Part shown: positions 49,356-63,990 of the stretch, piece after piece
Position numbering within the stretch: position 1 is the stretch's first letter
How the letters are laid out: every line of letters begins with the position of its first letter
Assembly (NCBI GenBank): GCA_964016885.1
Contig: OZ024740.1
Location: 417,074,001 to 417,138,000 of the forward strand
Direction of reading: 5' to 3'
Length of the DNA: 64,000 bases
Source: Eledone cirrhosa
Taxonomy: Eukaryota
Translations under genes and position numbers: made by a program
Notes under the pieces: model-generated
Told to the model about the DNA's origin: nothing
Databases searched by the model: none
Seen by the model: only the letters and a program-made list of their open reading frames with translations

Positions 49356-51170
49356 CTACCTTTCTGCTTCCCGGGGTTCGGGTCGCACGACTTCCATGCG
49401 GTCGGGGGTGTTGGGTGAAGGGGTGTCTTGTGGTGGTGTGGGGTCGTCAGTGTGTGGTGGGGTTGGGGTGTTTGGAGTTGTGTTGGGTAGGGGAAGGGGA
49501 GGAGGAAAGCTTTTTAGTAGGACGCGGTTTATGGGTTTGACAGAGGGTGGTCCTACGTCCTCCTTAAAATCCTTTTTTAGTTTTTGGTAGAGGTTCATTG
49601 GGATCTTTATTAATTTTAAATGTGGGTAGTTTTCTGAAGAAACAAAGTTTACACCTTCGGTTTGTACCGAAGGATTATTGTTTATGAGTTCATTTAATTT
49701 ATTATTGTTTCTGTTGATGTAAGTATAGTGTAATGTCTTTTTTTCGGATGGTGTGAGTGTTTCGAAGAGGGGAGGGGCAGGTTTGGTTTTGTTTGTTGCT
49801 GGAGGGGTGTTTTGTGTTTTGTTGGATTGTGTTGACATTTGGGTAGGGGTTGTTTGGTCTTGTGTGTTTTGCACATGTTTTCTTTTTTTCCTTTTAATCT
49901 GTCTGAAGGACTCCGTTTCTTCCTCCGAATTCGTTGGGTTATCTTCAGTGTTGGAGGGAAGAGGTATGTTTGCTGGTAATGTTTCCGTGTTGGTTTTCTT
50001 TGTGGGGAGATGGATGTGACTATGTTAGACTGTGTTGTGTGTTGTGGCTGCGGTGGTTGTGTTGTTTTATTGAGTGAGGGGTTGGGTGGGACTGTGTTTT
50101 GTTTTTGGATAATGTGTTGTGACTGTTTGTGTTGTGGTGGTGGTGTTGTTTTACTGAGGGACGGGTTGGGTGGGACTGAGTTTTGTTGTTTGTTTATCTG
50201 TTGTGGTGGTGGTGGAGCTGGTGTTGGTAGCAGGGTTTTCTTTTTGTTGAGTTGGGGACAAGCCGCCTTCAGGTGCCCTCTGCCTGCACAGATATGACAG
50301 GACGGCCTTCTCCCCTCCACGCTAATGTTTATATACCCGTGGACCTATAAAAGGATTCTGTCGGGTATTTGGGCGATGCGTTCAGGCTTCATTTGCACTA
50401 CAAGTTCTATACCTGTTCCACTGAACGCATTGCCTGTGGTTTTCCCAATGGAAATCACGTTGTCATTCGCTGGATCGATGAAGCCAGCTATGAGCCAGCA
50501 GTAGTCCACATCTGGCATCATTGCATCCAGCCATATGCGCTGAGTTCTTTTACCCATATAAGATGGATAAAAGGTAAAATTTGTCGAACGAATCGGCGAC
50601 AAAGCACATTTTTTTGCCGCCGATTCGTTCTTCATAATAATCGCTAGGCTTCCATACAGTCTGTCTCTTCTTATGAAAGTGGTTTCATTAAGTACTTCTG
50701 TAAGTACTGCTTTGATTTCTGTTTGTGTTGGCTGTTGAGGTTTTTTAGAAATGTTGTTGATGGTGCGGAAAACGACCGTCCGACTTTCAATGTCTTTGGT
50801 GAGTTCTTGAGGCATTTTTACCGATAAAATACCATTTTCCCCTTGAGTTATGTATTGTTTGGCGTTTATAATTCTTTGTGCCACATCTGAAATATTTTCA
50901 GGTATATATGTCAAAGATTTCTTTGTTGTTTGTGCAAATGAAATATTATTGGTGTTGACTTTGTCGTCTGCTTTTCTTTCTGTTATGATGTTGTTTTCAA
51001 ATGTTATTTTTGTGTTTGTTGTGTCTTTGTTTGTGGTATTAATATTGTCATGCAATTTTTCAAATTTTTTGTTGTTGTTGGAATCAATGTCCAGATTTGT
51101 GTTTTCGTCATTTTTCTCCGCACATTCGTCTGTTTTTATTTTATTTTTTCTTTCCTTCTCTATGACGTTA
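49356..51170 (-). pseudogene. ORF1 (CCHC zinc knuckle, Pro/Gln/Thr-rich tail), disrupted
   Basis: Pieces 51055-50345, 50320-49694 and 49874-49356; homologous to 56203-55273; start codon uncertain. Confidence 0.8.
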
Positions 51171-51495
51171 GTTGGGAAGGAAGGGGGGGGACTAAAGCGT
51201 GCGAGCTTACAACTCTTACCGCTGTCCCCCCACCACTATTTTCGTTAGCTTCGTTTAACATTTCTGTCAGACGATTGAATTTTTTTTTGCCACAAAATTT
51301 TTAAAAACAGGTTTTTCACCCCTGGGAGGGGCGAAGATGAGCTGACCCACCGCCTGACAGTTCAGACGGGGGGGTCAAGCTACACAATAGTATCAAAATT
51401 AAAATTGAACTTACAAAATTTCCGCAATAAATTTGAACAAAACTTCTGCGCGAAGTGAATTACATCTACGCTGTAGAACAGACGGCAGCTAGATT

Positions 51496-51545
<50 letters not shown>

Positions 51546-54500
51546 TGTTTCTTTTATTTGCCACTAGGGCATCAAAAGTGGGACAAGTACAAAGGGGGGA
51601 GTTTACACAAAAAGGCGTCCTCAATAAGGAGGAGGCAATAACAAAATATAAAAATAAAATAAGATATAACAAAAAATAAAATTTATAACAAAATCCTCAA
51701 TAGAGAGGAGGCGCCTTGGGGGGTCGCACACACCCCCGAAAAAAGTGTGCAACCCTTCTCCTCAGGAGCACAGAGAAGGGGTGCTCCCTTGGTCTTTCAT
51801 CTTCCTCACCTATAGTCTGATGTAGAGTGAAGGCCCATTCACACAGGCCATTCTCGCCACTTTCACCCATCTTTCATAGAAACGGCTGGGGTGCAGCACC
51901 TCTCTCTCCATCCTGATCCTTCTTCCGAAATGATATCGGAAGAAACGGACCAGTTGTTGGCCAGAGAGAAAGGTGCCTGACCTCAGTCCTTTCAGACGCG
52001 TCCACCATACAACCTCTTTCGCCATGGCTATTACGCACAGAAACACCGCCTCTGCTTCATCTTTGAAGGGGGGAGGCGGCTTGATCATTACAATAGACTC
52101 GGTGGTCAACCGGATCAGTCCCACCCTTGACAGCAGTTGCTCGACATAGCCCCACAGATCGGCTACGCCCGAGCAGTGTACCAATGCGTGTGCAACGGTT
52201 TCCTCGTCGCACACGCATCTGGGACAGATCTTTTTGGCGGGGTCCCTACCCGGGCGCCCGTGTCTGTAGAGCCTTTCTCGAACGGGTAAAGCCCCTCGGT
52301 AGCACTGCCAGGCCAGGGACTTCTGGAAGTTGTCCATAGGTCCCGAGCTGAATGTCCTACCGAACAGGCTGGCCAGTTCGTCCTCCTCCATGTCTAGGGC
52401 TTCTCCGAGGGCGTCGTCGCACCTGCTGCGTACCAGCCCTCTATAGAATGTTGCGGTGGAGTCTCCACTGATAACCGGATCCGCCTGCCAGAGGGCGGTG
52501 AGCGCCTGGGCACACTCAGTGTGCCAGGCGCCCAGTTTTCTCGGTCTTTGCTTGACCCAGGATTGCAGCTCGGTGAGTGAGACGAGTCTGGGAAAGGTTC
52601 GTCTCACAGACGAGGCCCACACCGGTTGTCCGGTGAGGAATACGTAGAGGTGCCGTAGCCTTAATGCGTGTTTACGCATCATTAGCCATGGCATCCCCAG
52701 CCCTCCTTTCGAAGGGTGTTGACAGCAGATGGATCTACCCACCATAGGAGCCCGCCTCTTCCAAAGGAATTGGAAGAGCGCGCGCTCCATCTTGGTGAGG
52801 GTTTCCCTTGGGCAGGGCACTACGGTCAGGCGGTAGTAGATGACGGACGCTATGTAGGTGTTCGCCACCTCCGCCCGACCTTTCAGGGATAGTTTGCAAC
52901 TGGCCCACTTCTGGGTCAGTGCAAACACCCTGTTCGTAACCTCCGCCCAGTTTTTCTCCACCTGGAGGTCCGGTCCGAACCAGACCCCGAGCAACTTCAC
53001 CGGGCCCTCCGTCCAGCGTCCGACGACGCCATCGGAGGGCATCGGTCTGCCCCTCCACGTGCCAAGTTGCAAACCGATCGACTTGTCCCGGTTCAGCTTA
53101 GCCCCTGTGAACTTTTCGTACTCCTCCAGTAAGGTGCCGACCGCCTCGATTTCGGAGGCCGTCGACACCATTACTGTCACGTCATCGGCGTAGGCCGACA
53201 CCGCTTTCCGCAATCCCGGTTCCAAAGGGATGCCCTGCAACAACTCCAACTTCCGCAGTAGTGGCTCGAGAGTCAACACATACAGAAGGGAGGAGAGAGG
53301 GCACCCTTGTCGGATGGACCGCGCGATTTTGAACGGCTCCGAGAGGTAGCCGTTCACCTTGACCCTAGAGCAGATGCGGCTGCTGTGCATAGCAGTGATC
53401 CAGCCCCCCTGAAAACGGGTCCGAAGCCTGCCGCCGCTAGCACCGCATCCAGGTAACCATGGTCGACCCTATCGAACGCCTTAGATTGATCCAAGTTGAT
53501 CAGAGCCCCACCAAAGCCGGGTTCGTTCCCAACCCTCTCTATGATGTATCGCATGAGGTGGAGGTTGTCATGGATGGACCTGGACGGGATAGCGCATGTC
53601 TGCGCATCTCCCACCAGGTTGCCCACGACAAGCGCCAACCTCTTTGCTAGCACCTTGGCCAAAATCTGTAACTCTGTATTTAGCAGAGTTATGGGCCTGA
53701 AGTTACTTATTTCGTCCCCCTTGTTCTCGTCCTTCCTCACTAGCGTGACTACGCCCTTGGTCACAGTACAGGGAATTCTCCCGTTCTGTTGCCAGTTGCA
53801 GTAGACCGCCTCGAGGAGATCGGGGAACAAGTCCGGCATAGCTAGATATAATTCGTAAGGAAGACCATCGAGACCCGGGGATTTGCGTTTGCCGCATTGG
53901 CTCAGCACGTCCTCTATCTCAGCGGCCGAAATCGGCTCCTCGCAGGACTTCGCCTCCCTGTCCGAGAGGCGCGGCAGGCCGTCGAGGTATGGACCGAAGT
54001 CCACGTTCCCAACCGGCTCCCCGCCCCTCCCGAACAGTCGGGCAAAGTGCCTTTGAAAGGCCTCACACATCTGCTTAGGCTCAAGAATCGCCCGTCCATC
54101 CAGGTCTCGCAAAGACCGGATGGTGGATTTAGTTCCACTGTTGGCCTCTGTCACGCGGGCCCAGCTAACAGCTTTTGTCCCCTCGTTCCCTAGAGCACGT
54201 ATTTTACTTCGGACAACGCAGCCTTCGTGCTTCGCGTCGAAAAACTGGCTCAAAGCCGTTCTCGACGCTAGCACTCTGGCCACGTCGCCGCTTCTAATTG
54301 CCTCTTCTACTCTATCTATTAGCTCCGTTTCCTTCCTATTCCTTCCGCAGCTAGAACCTTACTAAATTCTATCGAGAATACTCTAATCTCTCTCTTTAGA
54401 GATACCCACCACCTGCTGTTGACGATCGCTCCAGTCAACCGTTCCTTAACTAACGTACTAATCCGATTCCTGTAGGCTCTACTTGCCGGCAAGGACAAGT

Positions 54501-56204
54501 TGAGCTTCCAGTAACCGGGGCCCTGTCTATGAGTTCTGTCAAGGTTGACCATGCAGGTCACTAATTTGTGGTCTGAATAGCCAACCATGCGCATTTTTGG
54601 ACAACTTAAAAAGTCCTTATCCTTAATTCTAACTAAGAACCTATCTAGGTACGACCTAGATGATCCGCTACGATTTGCCCAAGTCCAGGTTGGCGCAGTC
54701 GGAAAATCTAGTCGATATCTATCGGCCAGGTCAAATCGACCGATTAACCCTTTGAGGCTATTACACCCCTCTCTATCGGGGCAGGCCCCTACGTAGTCCC
54801 AGCGTGCATCTAGGATACCATTCCAGTCCTCCACTAATAGCAAGGAGCGGGACGTCCCTAGAAAAGTCTCCAGACGATGGAAGAAGTCCGGCCGCATTGA
54901 CCCGAAAGGGCCGTAGGCGGCTACCAACCTAAACGCTCCGCCTTTACTACTGCCAAGGTCCAGAACCACTAGTCGACCCTCCGGGTCCAAATGTACCATC
55001 TGTGTTGCGAGACCCAGATGTTTTTGCAGCAGAACGACAACTCCACCCCCACCTCCGGGCTGACAGAGAGATGCGTGCATCTCAAAGTCATCAAAGGTGG
55101 GGGCCAGCTGTCGCACGTTGCTGATCCGGGCCTCGCAAATAACCATCACATCTATACGTTGTGACCTGAGGTCATTTAGAAGCATTGCTTGCTTCCAAGT
55201 TGAGCCCAGGCCACGCGCATTTAAACAGCCTACTCTTAGCATAGCCATGTTGGTGGTGAAGAGAAAAGGTACTTACCTCTCTGCGTCCCGGGTATCGGGC
55301 TGCACAATTTCCATTAGGGTGGGGGATGGGTTGTTGGGTGGGGTGGTGGTTTGTGGAAGTGTGGGGGCATCAGTGTGTTGTGTGGTTGGGGAGCTTGGAG
55401 TTGTGTGGGTGTTTGGGGAGGGGGTGGGATAGTTTTTTAGGAGGACGCGGTTAATGGGCCCGACGCAGGGGGGACCCACGTCCTCTTTAAAATTGTTTTT
55501 TTTAAGTTTTATAGGTGTCCTGTGGGGCCTTAATCATTTTGAGGTGGGGGAAATCCCCTGCCTGGGTGAAGTTAGGCCCTTGTGTTTTTATTAGATTGTT
55601 GTTGTACACAATGTTTAACAGTTTTTTGTTTCTTGTATTTATGTATGTGTATGCATGTTTTTGTTTTTGTGTGGTGTTTTTTGTTTGCTGTTGTTGTGAG
55701 CTCTTTTGTGTTGGTGTCAGTGTTATGTTTTGGGGAGGGGTTTTTTTCATTTGTGTGTCTGAGGTGTGTTTTCTTTTTTTTCTTTTGATTGTGTGGAAGT
55801 GCTCCTCCTCGTCTGACGACGAACTAGGGTCATCTTCCGCGTTGGAGGGGAGGGGTATATTTTCGGGTTGTGTTTGCGGTACGGGTGTTTTGGAAATTGT
55901 TTTTGTTTTTTTAGTGGAGGGGATGGGTTGGACATTGTTTTGTTTTGGTTTGAGCTGTGGTGGTTGTTTTTGTAGTGGTTGTTGTGGTGATTGTGTTGGT
56001 TGTGCAGTTGTTGGTGGTGTAGGCAGGATTGGGGTTTTCTTATTAAGTTGGGGACAGACAGCCCTCAGGTGACCTCTGGTTCCGCAGAGGTAACACGAGG
56101 GCCGTCTACCCTCAACGGTAATGTTGATGAAGGTTAGATCATCCAGTATGACGCGTTCAGGGATCTGGGCGATCCTTTCGGGCCTCATTTGAACTACAAG
56201 TTCG
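51546..56204 (-). mobile_element. Second Tx1/L1-clade LINE, truncated within ORF1
   Basis: ORF1 CYLCGTRGHLRAVC; ORF2 in three pieces; truncation point abuts (GATA)n at 56205-56256. Confidence 0.95.
51810..55248 (-). pseudogene. ORF2 (APE-RT-zinc finger), two frameshifts
   Basis: Pieces 55248-54319, 54283-53354 and 53390-51810. Confidence 0.9.
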
Positions 56205-56256
<52 letters not shown>

Positions 56257-56287
56257 GGGTGGTGAGATAGATAGGTAGGTAGATGAC

Positions 56288-56352
<65 letters not shown>

Positions 56353-56370
56353 TGTGTGAGTGAGAGAGAG
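56205..56370. repeat. (GATA)n and (GA)n microsatellites
   Basis: Directly visible. Confidence 0.95.
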
Positions 56371-57221
56371 ATGCGGGGGAATTGGGGTAGAGTTGGTGGA
56401 GACAATAATTTCTCTGGTAAAATAAATGTAAAGGACTTGAAGCTGTACAACATAATTTCTCTGTTGCTTCACTTCTGATGGAACACATTATATTTTTCTA
56501 CTATTGCGTGTATTGTATTTTTTCCTTTCTCGTTAGTAATGTAGTATGTAGTATGTGATATTAGGTGCATACTACTGTGTAATATGTATATACACCAACT
56601 TGATGACCCACGACCATAGACGCAGAAGTCAGTTTTAATTATGTTTGGCGCCAGTGTTTCCAGCACCCGACTAACATGCAGTCAGACGACATAGGCTGCC
56701 ATATTTCCATTGTTAACTGGTTTCATCACCCAAGACTGAAGGCGCCCCCTAGAAACATTTAGTACTCGCTACACAATATTCAAATGTACATACAAAACAA
56801 ACAAACAAACACGTAAATAAATAATAAGAAGAATAATAATAAAATACTATCAATGACTGCAGTTCAATCTACTGGCTTCAGTTGGCATCTATTAGTGTAG
56901 TGGCTTTTAAAATGCTTAACGGGTTGATTGGAATCTTTTGGTATATCTGTCGCAGAATTTATACACACATATATGTGTGTAATAAATGACTATTAAGTTT
57001 CAAAAAGGCTTCATATTAACTATACTATATATATATATATATATTTAAAAGAATAGAGGTGTAACACACGAGTTATGATATATTGGTAAAAGGAAAAGAA
57101 AATGCTGACAAATTGTTCCGGTAGTATGTATATACATACATACATGCACACATATATATATATATATATATATAAATAGTAGAAAATCTTGTTCACAGTT
57201 ATATTAAAAAATATAATAATA

Positions 57222-57410
57222 TAATTGTTTCTACTTTTGGCACAAGATCAGCAATTACCCAGTGTATTACTGGTACTTTATTTATCAACCCTGTAAGGAT
57301 GAAAGGCAAAGTTAACCGCAGTGGGATTTGAACTCAGATCATAAAGGGATGTAACTATATGCTTCAAAGCATGGTGTCCGACCCTCTACCAATACTGCCA
57401 ATTCACCGCC
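57222..57410 (-). mobile_element. SINE A, full length, with 19-bp TSD
   Basis: AAAAATATAATAATATAAT on both sides. Confidence 0.9.
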
Positions 57411-57464
57411 TGAAAAATATAATAATATAATGGTTACAGAACGAAAACACAAACATATAATATA

Positions 57465-58024
57465 TACAAAGCAGGTAATACATACATCTAGGACCACATA
57501 CAACACATAAGCAAGTAATACACACATCTAGGACCACATACAACACACAAGCAGGTAATACACACATCTTGGACCACATACAACACACAGGCAGGTAATA
57601 CACACATCTAGGACCACATACAACACACAAGCAGGTAATACATACATTTAGGACCACATACAACGCAGAAGCAGGTAATACACACATCTTGGACCACATA
57701 CAACACACAAGCAGGTAATACACACATCTAGGACCACATACAACACACAAGCAGGTCATATACACATCTAGGACCACATACAACACACAAGCAGGTCATA
57801 CACACATCTAGGACCACATACAACACGCAGGAGGGTAGTACACACATCTAGGACCACATACAACACGCAGGAGGGTAGTACACACATCTAGGACCACATA
57901 CAACACACAAGCAGGTAATACACACATCTAGGACCACATACAACACACAAGCAGGTAATACACACATCTTGGACCACATACAACACACAAGCAGGTAATA
58001 CATACATTTAGGACCACATACAAC
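57465..58024. repeat. 40-bp minisatellite, ~14 copies
   Basis: Unit AGGTAATACACACATCTAGGACCACATACAACACACAAGC. Confidence 0.95.
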
Positions 58025-58029
58025 AAAAG

Positions 58030-58700
58030 GGAGGTGAAAGGGATGGACAACCGAGCCGCTACCAGAGCAAAAGATAACAGTATCGTTAGGAGCACTGGGA
58101 AACTTCTCTAATAATTTTAGAGACAAGCCAGCACGCTCACAGTGTTACCTTGGGTGATGGCGAAGCTGATGCGCTGGAACAAGTGCCCTCACGAGTATCA
58201 CCAGTTACCTCATTTTGGCGAGCCGAAGATAAGAACCTCGCTGTCAGTAACCCGACTTCCCCAAACGTCTCGAACTCCGCAGGCTGGAAAATGTAGTTAG
58301 CCGACAGATCATGGTATTTTAGGATTTTGTTCAGTTCGGCTGCGGAAGCTGTAGCTCTCGCCCTAACCGCAGCATCCAGGATGTGGGAAGAAGCAAAAGA
58401 GTCACTAACTGTGATGTCCCAGATAAGACACCTGCCTCTAAAAGAGGAGCACAGTGTAAGACCGTCAGGTCTTTTCCCATCAATTCTGGACAACCCAGAC
58501 GGTTCCAAAATTGAGAGGATGTTTGCCCGGGCCAAAGATCTTTTGATGATGAGGTTTAGCTCTGTGTGACGCGCGAAGTGACCGGCATTCAGGCAGCAAG
58601 ATAGACCGTGTAGGCCTGTGGAGTTGAGGATCTTGCCACATCAACATTTCAGACCCGTACAGACATCCGCTCCCACTCTGAGGGCAATGGAGACACGAAG
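58030..58700 (-). mobile_element. CRE-like retrotransposon 3' part (zinc knuckle + restriction-like endonuclease)
   Basis: C*CGKILNSTGLHGLSC..GHFARHTELN..EPSGLSRIDGKRPDGLTL..LIWDITVSD..AELNKILKY..FETFG; PD-(D/E)xK-type signature. Confidence 0.85.
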
Positions 58701-59109
58701 TTTACTCTCTCACTCCTCTCAATATAAGCAACTTAATCTTTTCCCCATTTCTCATTACATGTAACTTACTCTCTCTTCCCCTCTCTCAATATATGTATCT
58801 TACTCTCTTCCCCCTCTGCCAATATATGTTATAGTTTCCTGTTGGAGCCAGTTTTGCTATGACCATAAATAAGCTCAGGCTCAGAGTTTCAAAGTTGTAG
58901 AATTGAATACAAAATAATCTCTTTTCACCAATAGACAGTTATATATAGGTTGTTCATATACTATGCGCGAACGGTAAAACGAAGAATCTGGTGTATCTGC
59001 AAGATTTTTTGCTGCTTTTTTTTTTTGTCTCACACACAATACATTTTCTCTTCTCTCATCATCTGTTTACCTGGTCGGAGCTGGGTACGTCAGCTAGTGT
59101 GTGTGTGTG

Positions 59110-59157
<48 letters not shown>

Positions 59158-59490
59158 TAGATAGATAGATAGATAATTTAATATATCTACTAACATAAGC
59201 GCACAGATGTACGCCAATGCCAGCAAATACACAGGTTATGTCATAGTACCTAGGTGGTTCGATATATATATATATATATATATATACAACTATTCCAAAC
59301 CTAATCAGATTAGAGCAAACATCACGGGCACTCTATCTCAAAATTATTTTTGAAAACCATTAGTAATGCGCAATCGGTAAAAACTTAAAACTAAAACTGA
59401 ATACTAACCAATACTTATTACTAATTTTTACTTATTCCTAATTAAACTATTTTTCACTGGGAACAATTTGTCAGCATTTTCTTTTCCTTA

Positions 59491-61099
59491 AAATAAAGTT
59501 AAATAAAAGTCAAATGATTAAAATTTAGCTTCGTTTATTACTGCTATATATATTTCAGTGACAGCCATCTTTGGCTGTGACCTCTTCAGGCAGTTTGAAT
59601 TAGTATGGTATAGACAAGTACATATGTTGTTTAGGTGTATGATATTGTCAATACTCTGATATGCCCAGTTCCTTGCTGGGTTGTTAATTCACTGGGGAAC
59701 TGGAGTCATATGAATTCAAACAAACGAATTTTCGTGTCACAGGTCCCCTTCTCCTCTCATTGGTCAGTTATTAGTGTTGTCATTGTTGGAGTTAGCTTAA
59801 AAATTGATAAAATGGTAGAAGGGACAAGGTGTTGAAGGAACAAAATATCAAAAAATGTGTCAAACTTCCCATTGTTCAGTTCTGAGAGCATTCCTCAGTC
59901 AGAAGTCTATAGAATTCTTTCTGGGGTGAGGCTCCCTGTAGTGTTTGTGCCTGCTATTGTTCAGTACATTTGACCTCCACCATTATTTTGGTACTGTTGT
60001 TGTTGTAGTGGTCAGCTTATATCTTGCTGCTGCTAACAATTTAGAAGTATTCAGTTTGTGTTTTCTCTTCATCCCACCCGCCACCATCGTAGTGGTGGTG
60101 GCGGGGGGGGGGGGGGGTTCTTTCATGTATATGAAGAAATATAAGGCAATAAATGAAGAAAACAGAAGATAAATAAATAATATAATAAAATAAAATAATT
60201 AATATAATTTGTGTAATTTGAAAATAAATAAATAAATAGAGAATAAAGAATAAAGAGTAAATGAGAGATTGGTGAAAAAGTAATGATAATGTATATGGAG
60301 AAGTGAGAAATAATGTAGGATAAAGTGTGTGTGTGTGTGTGCTATAACCAATCTCAAGGTCAGAATATGTTGGATAGATTGGTATGATACAAGATGTTAA
60401 GATGAGATATTCAATGTGTTTGTGTTATAATCTATCTCAACTTAAAATAAATATAAGGTTATACAGTGAAGAGGGCAGAAAACAAATAACAAATTAATAA
60501 AGAGAAATCAAGATTTAAGATTGGAACTTTAAAGTCAGAAATCTGGTAAATTAAAAGTGTTTGTGTTATAGATGTTGGCCAGATTATTATGGCTGTGTCC
60601 GATTCTATCTCTAGGCTATCATGGTGTCTGCTCCGCCTGGGTTGTTCCCTATGGCTTGAGGGGAGTTCACAACCTAGGGTGTTGTAATTGTCCATATAGC
60701 TTGAGGGAGGTCTGGCCGAGAGGTGTTTTCATGTTCTGTAGAAGTCCCTATAGCTTGAGGGGAGTTCACATCTTCTTGTGTTGCTACTGTCCATATATTT
60801 TGAGAAAGGTCCCGGCTCTAAGGTGTCTGCATGTCCCGAAGAAGTCGGTTCTGAGGTTTATCAGGCCGCTTCCACCTCTTAGTATCTCGAGGGTCTCGTT
60901 CAGGCATAGTTTGCATATGCAAGATCCCCCTTTATCGGGTGGTACTTTCCTGATTATGTACCAGGCCAGCTAAATTTTAATCATTTGACTTTTATTTAAC
61001 TTTATTTTACACTACTCCGGAGTAATCAAACCAACCTGCGCACTTCGTCGAGTGCTCCAGCCTGCATACTGAGGTGTTGGTATACAACCAACATAAACT

Positions 61100-61105
<6 letters not shown>
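59491..61105 (-). mobile_element. Second Naiad-type Penelope-like element, heavily 5' truncated, with inverted pLTR piece
   Basis: Minus 60970-60785 reads AWYIIRKVPPDKGGSCICKLCLNETLEIL..LINLRTDFFGTCRH, homologous to the C-terminus at 42367-42560; hammerhead at 59540-59594; 59491-59530 recurs inverted at 60969-61009. Confidence 0.78.
59540..59594 (-). ncRNA. Minimal type I hammerhead ribozyme
   Basis: ACTGC-CTGAAGA-GGTCACAGCCA AAGA TGGCTGTCACT-GAAA-TATATA-TA-GCAGT: canonical core, 5-bp stem I, long stem II, palindromic stem III. Confidence 0.8.
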
Positions 61106-63033
<1,928 letters not shown>

Positions 63034-63035
<2 letters not shown>

Positions 63036-63990
63036 TAGACATGAAAAATGCGCAAGCTCAAAAGTGCCACAGAATGTTATAATAAACCTTCAAAAGTGTG
63101 GGACTAGAGTTGTTGCTAAAAAATATTGTAATCATTATATATCGTACATTCTGTGGCATCCTTTATAAAAATAGCTTAAATCAACGAAGCCTTTATTTTT
63201 ACGCTATTTCACTTAGTTAATTCTTAGAGTGTAACATATAAAAATATCATTTACAACTATAAAATAAATTAATTAATATAATAACAGAGCTGCGGAGCTG
63301 AAATTTAGGAAATAATGGAGTATCGGATCCTGAGTTGGAGCCAGTCAATTTTTGGCCGACTCCGCAGCCCTGTATAATACATTTCATATTAAAGTTATTA
63401 ATAAACCTATTTTACACTTCATGCAAATTACCACGAGATATTGATATTAGATATAAGATACAGCGCAATATCTACAGCTGTAAAAGTACGAAAGCGAAGT
63501 AATAATAAGTGGCTTAAGGTAATTCCAATATGAAAGTTTGTAGTGATAAAAATTTGATAATGCAATACGATTGTTAATATTATAGTTCTATGAAAATGTA
63601 ACAATAGATAACTAAATTATTTTACTATTAGTATATTTAAGAAATTATCATTATAGATTTGATCGTTCATATAAGCATCATATTAAGTTTCAACACAATT
63701 ATTTTGTTACTATGAGTATATGATAATAATATTACGTAATTATTTATAGCTGTTATTACATTAAACATAGATGTATTTATTTTTATATGTTACACTCTAA
63801 GAATTAACTAAGTGAAATAGCGTAAAAATAAAGGCTTCGTTGGTTTAAGCTATTTTTATAAAGGATGCCACAGAATGTACGATATATAATGATTACAATA
63901 TTTTTTAGCAACAACTCTAGTCCCACACTTTTGAAGGTTTATTATAACATTCTGTGGCACTTTTGAGCTTGCGCATTTTTCATGTCTAGT
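63034..63990. mobile_element. Fold-back element with 213-bp terminal inverted repeats
   Basis: 63034-63246 is the reverse complement of 63778-63990 (1 mismatch seen); ends ACTAG...CTAGT. Confidence 0.85.
63285..63372. mobile_element. 88-bp hAT-like MITE nested in the fold-back
   Basis: TIR CAG(A/G)GCTGCGGAG; 8-bp flanks TATAATAA / TATAATAC. Confidence 0.65.

Larger units (their letters stand above)
45679..51490 (-). mobile_element. Near full-length Tx1/L1-clade LINE (~5.8 kb)
   Basis: 5' UTR, ORF1 with CHICAGRGHLKAAC knuckle, ORF2 APE (CLNARGL, ICET, YLDRFL, TDHK), RT (SPGLDG, FRPITLLN, QGCPLS, YADD), zinc finger; (GATA)n on both sides. Confidence 0.95.

Noticed and set aside
55502-56488. 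328-aa ORF as a novel fusion gene
   Set aside because: Chance read-through from microsatellites into the truncated Tx1 ORF1; no evidence of expression.
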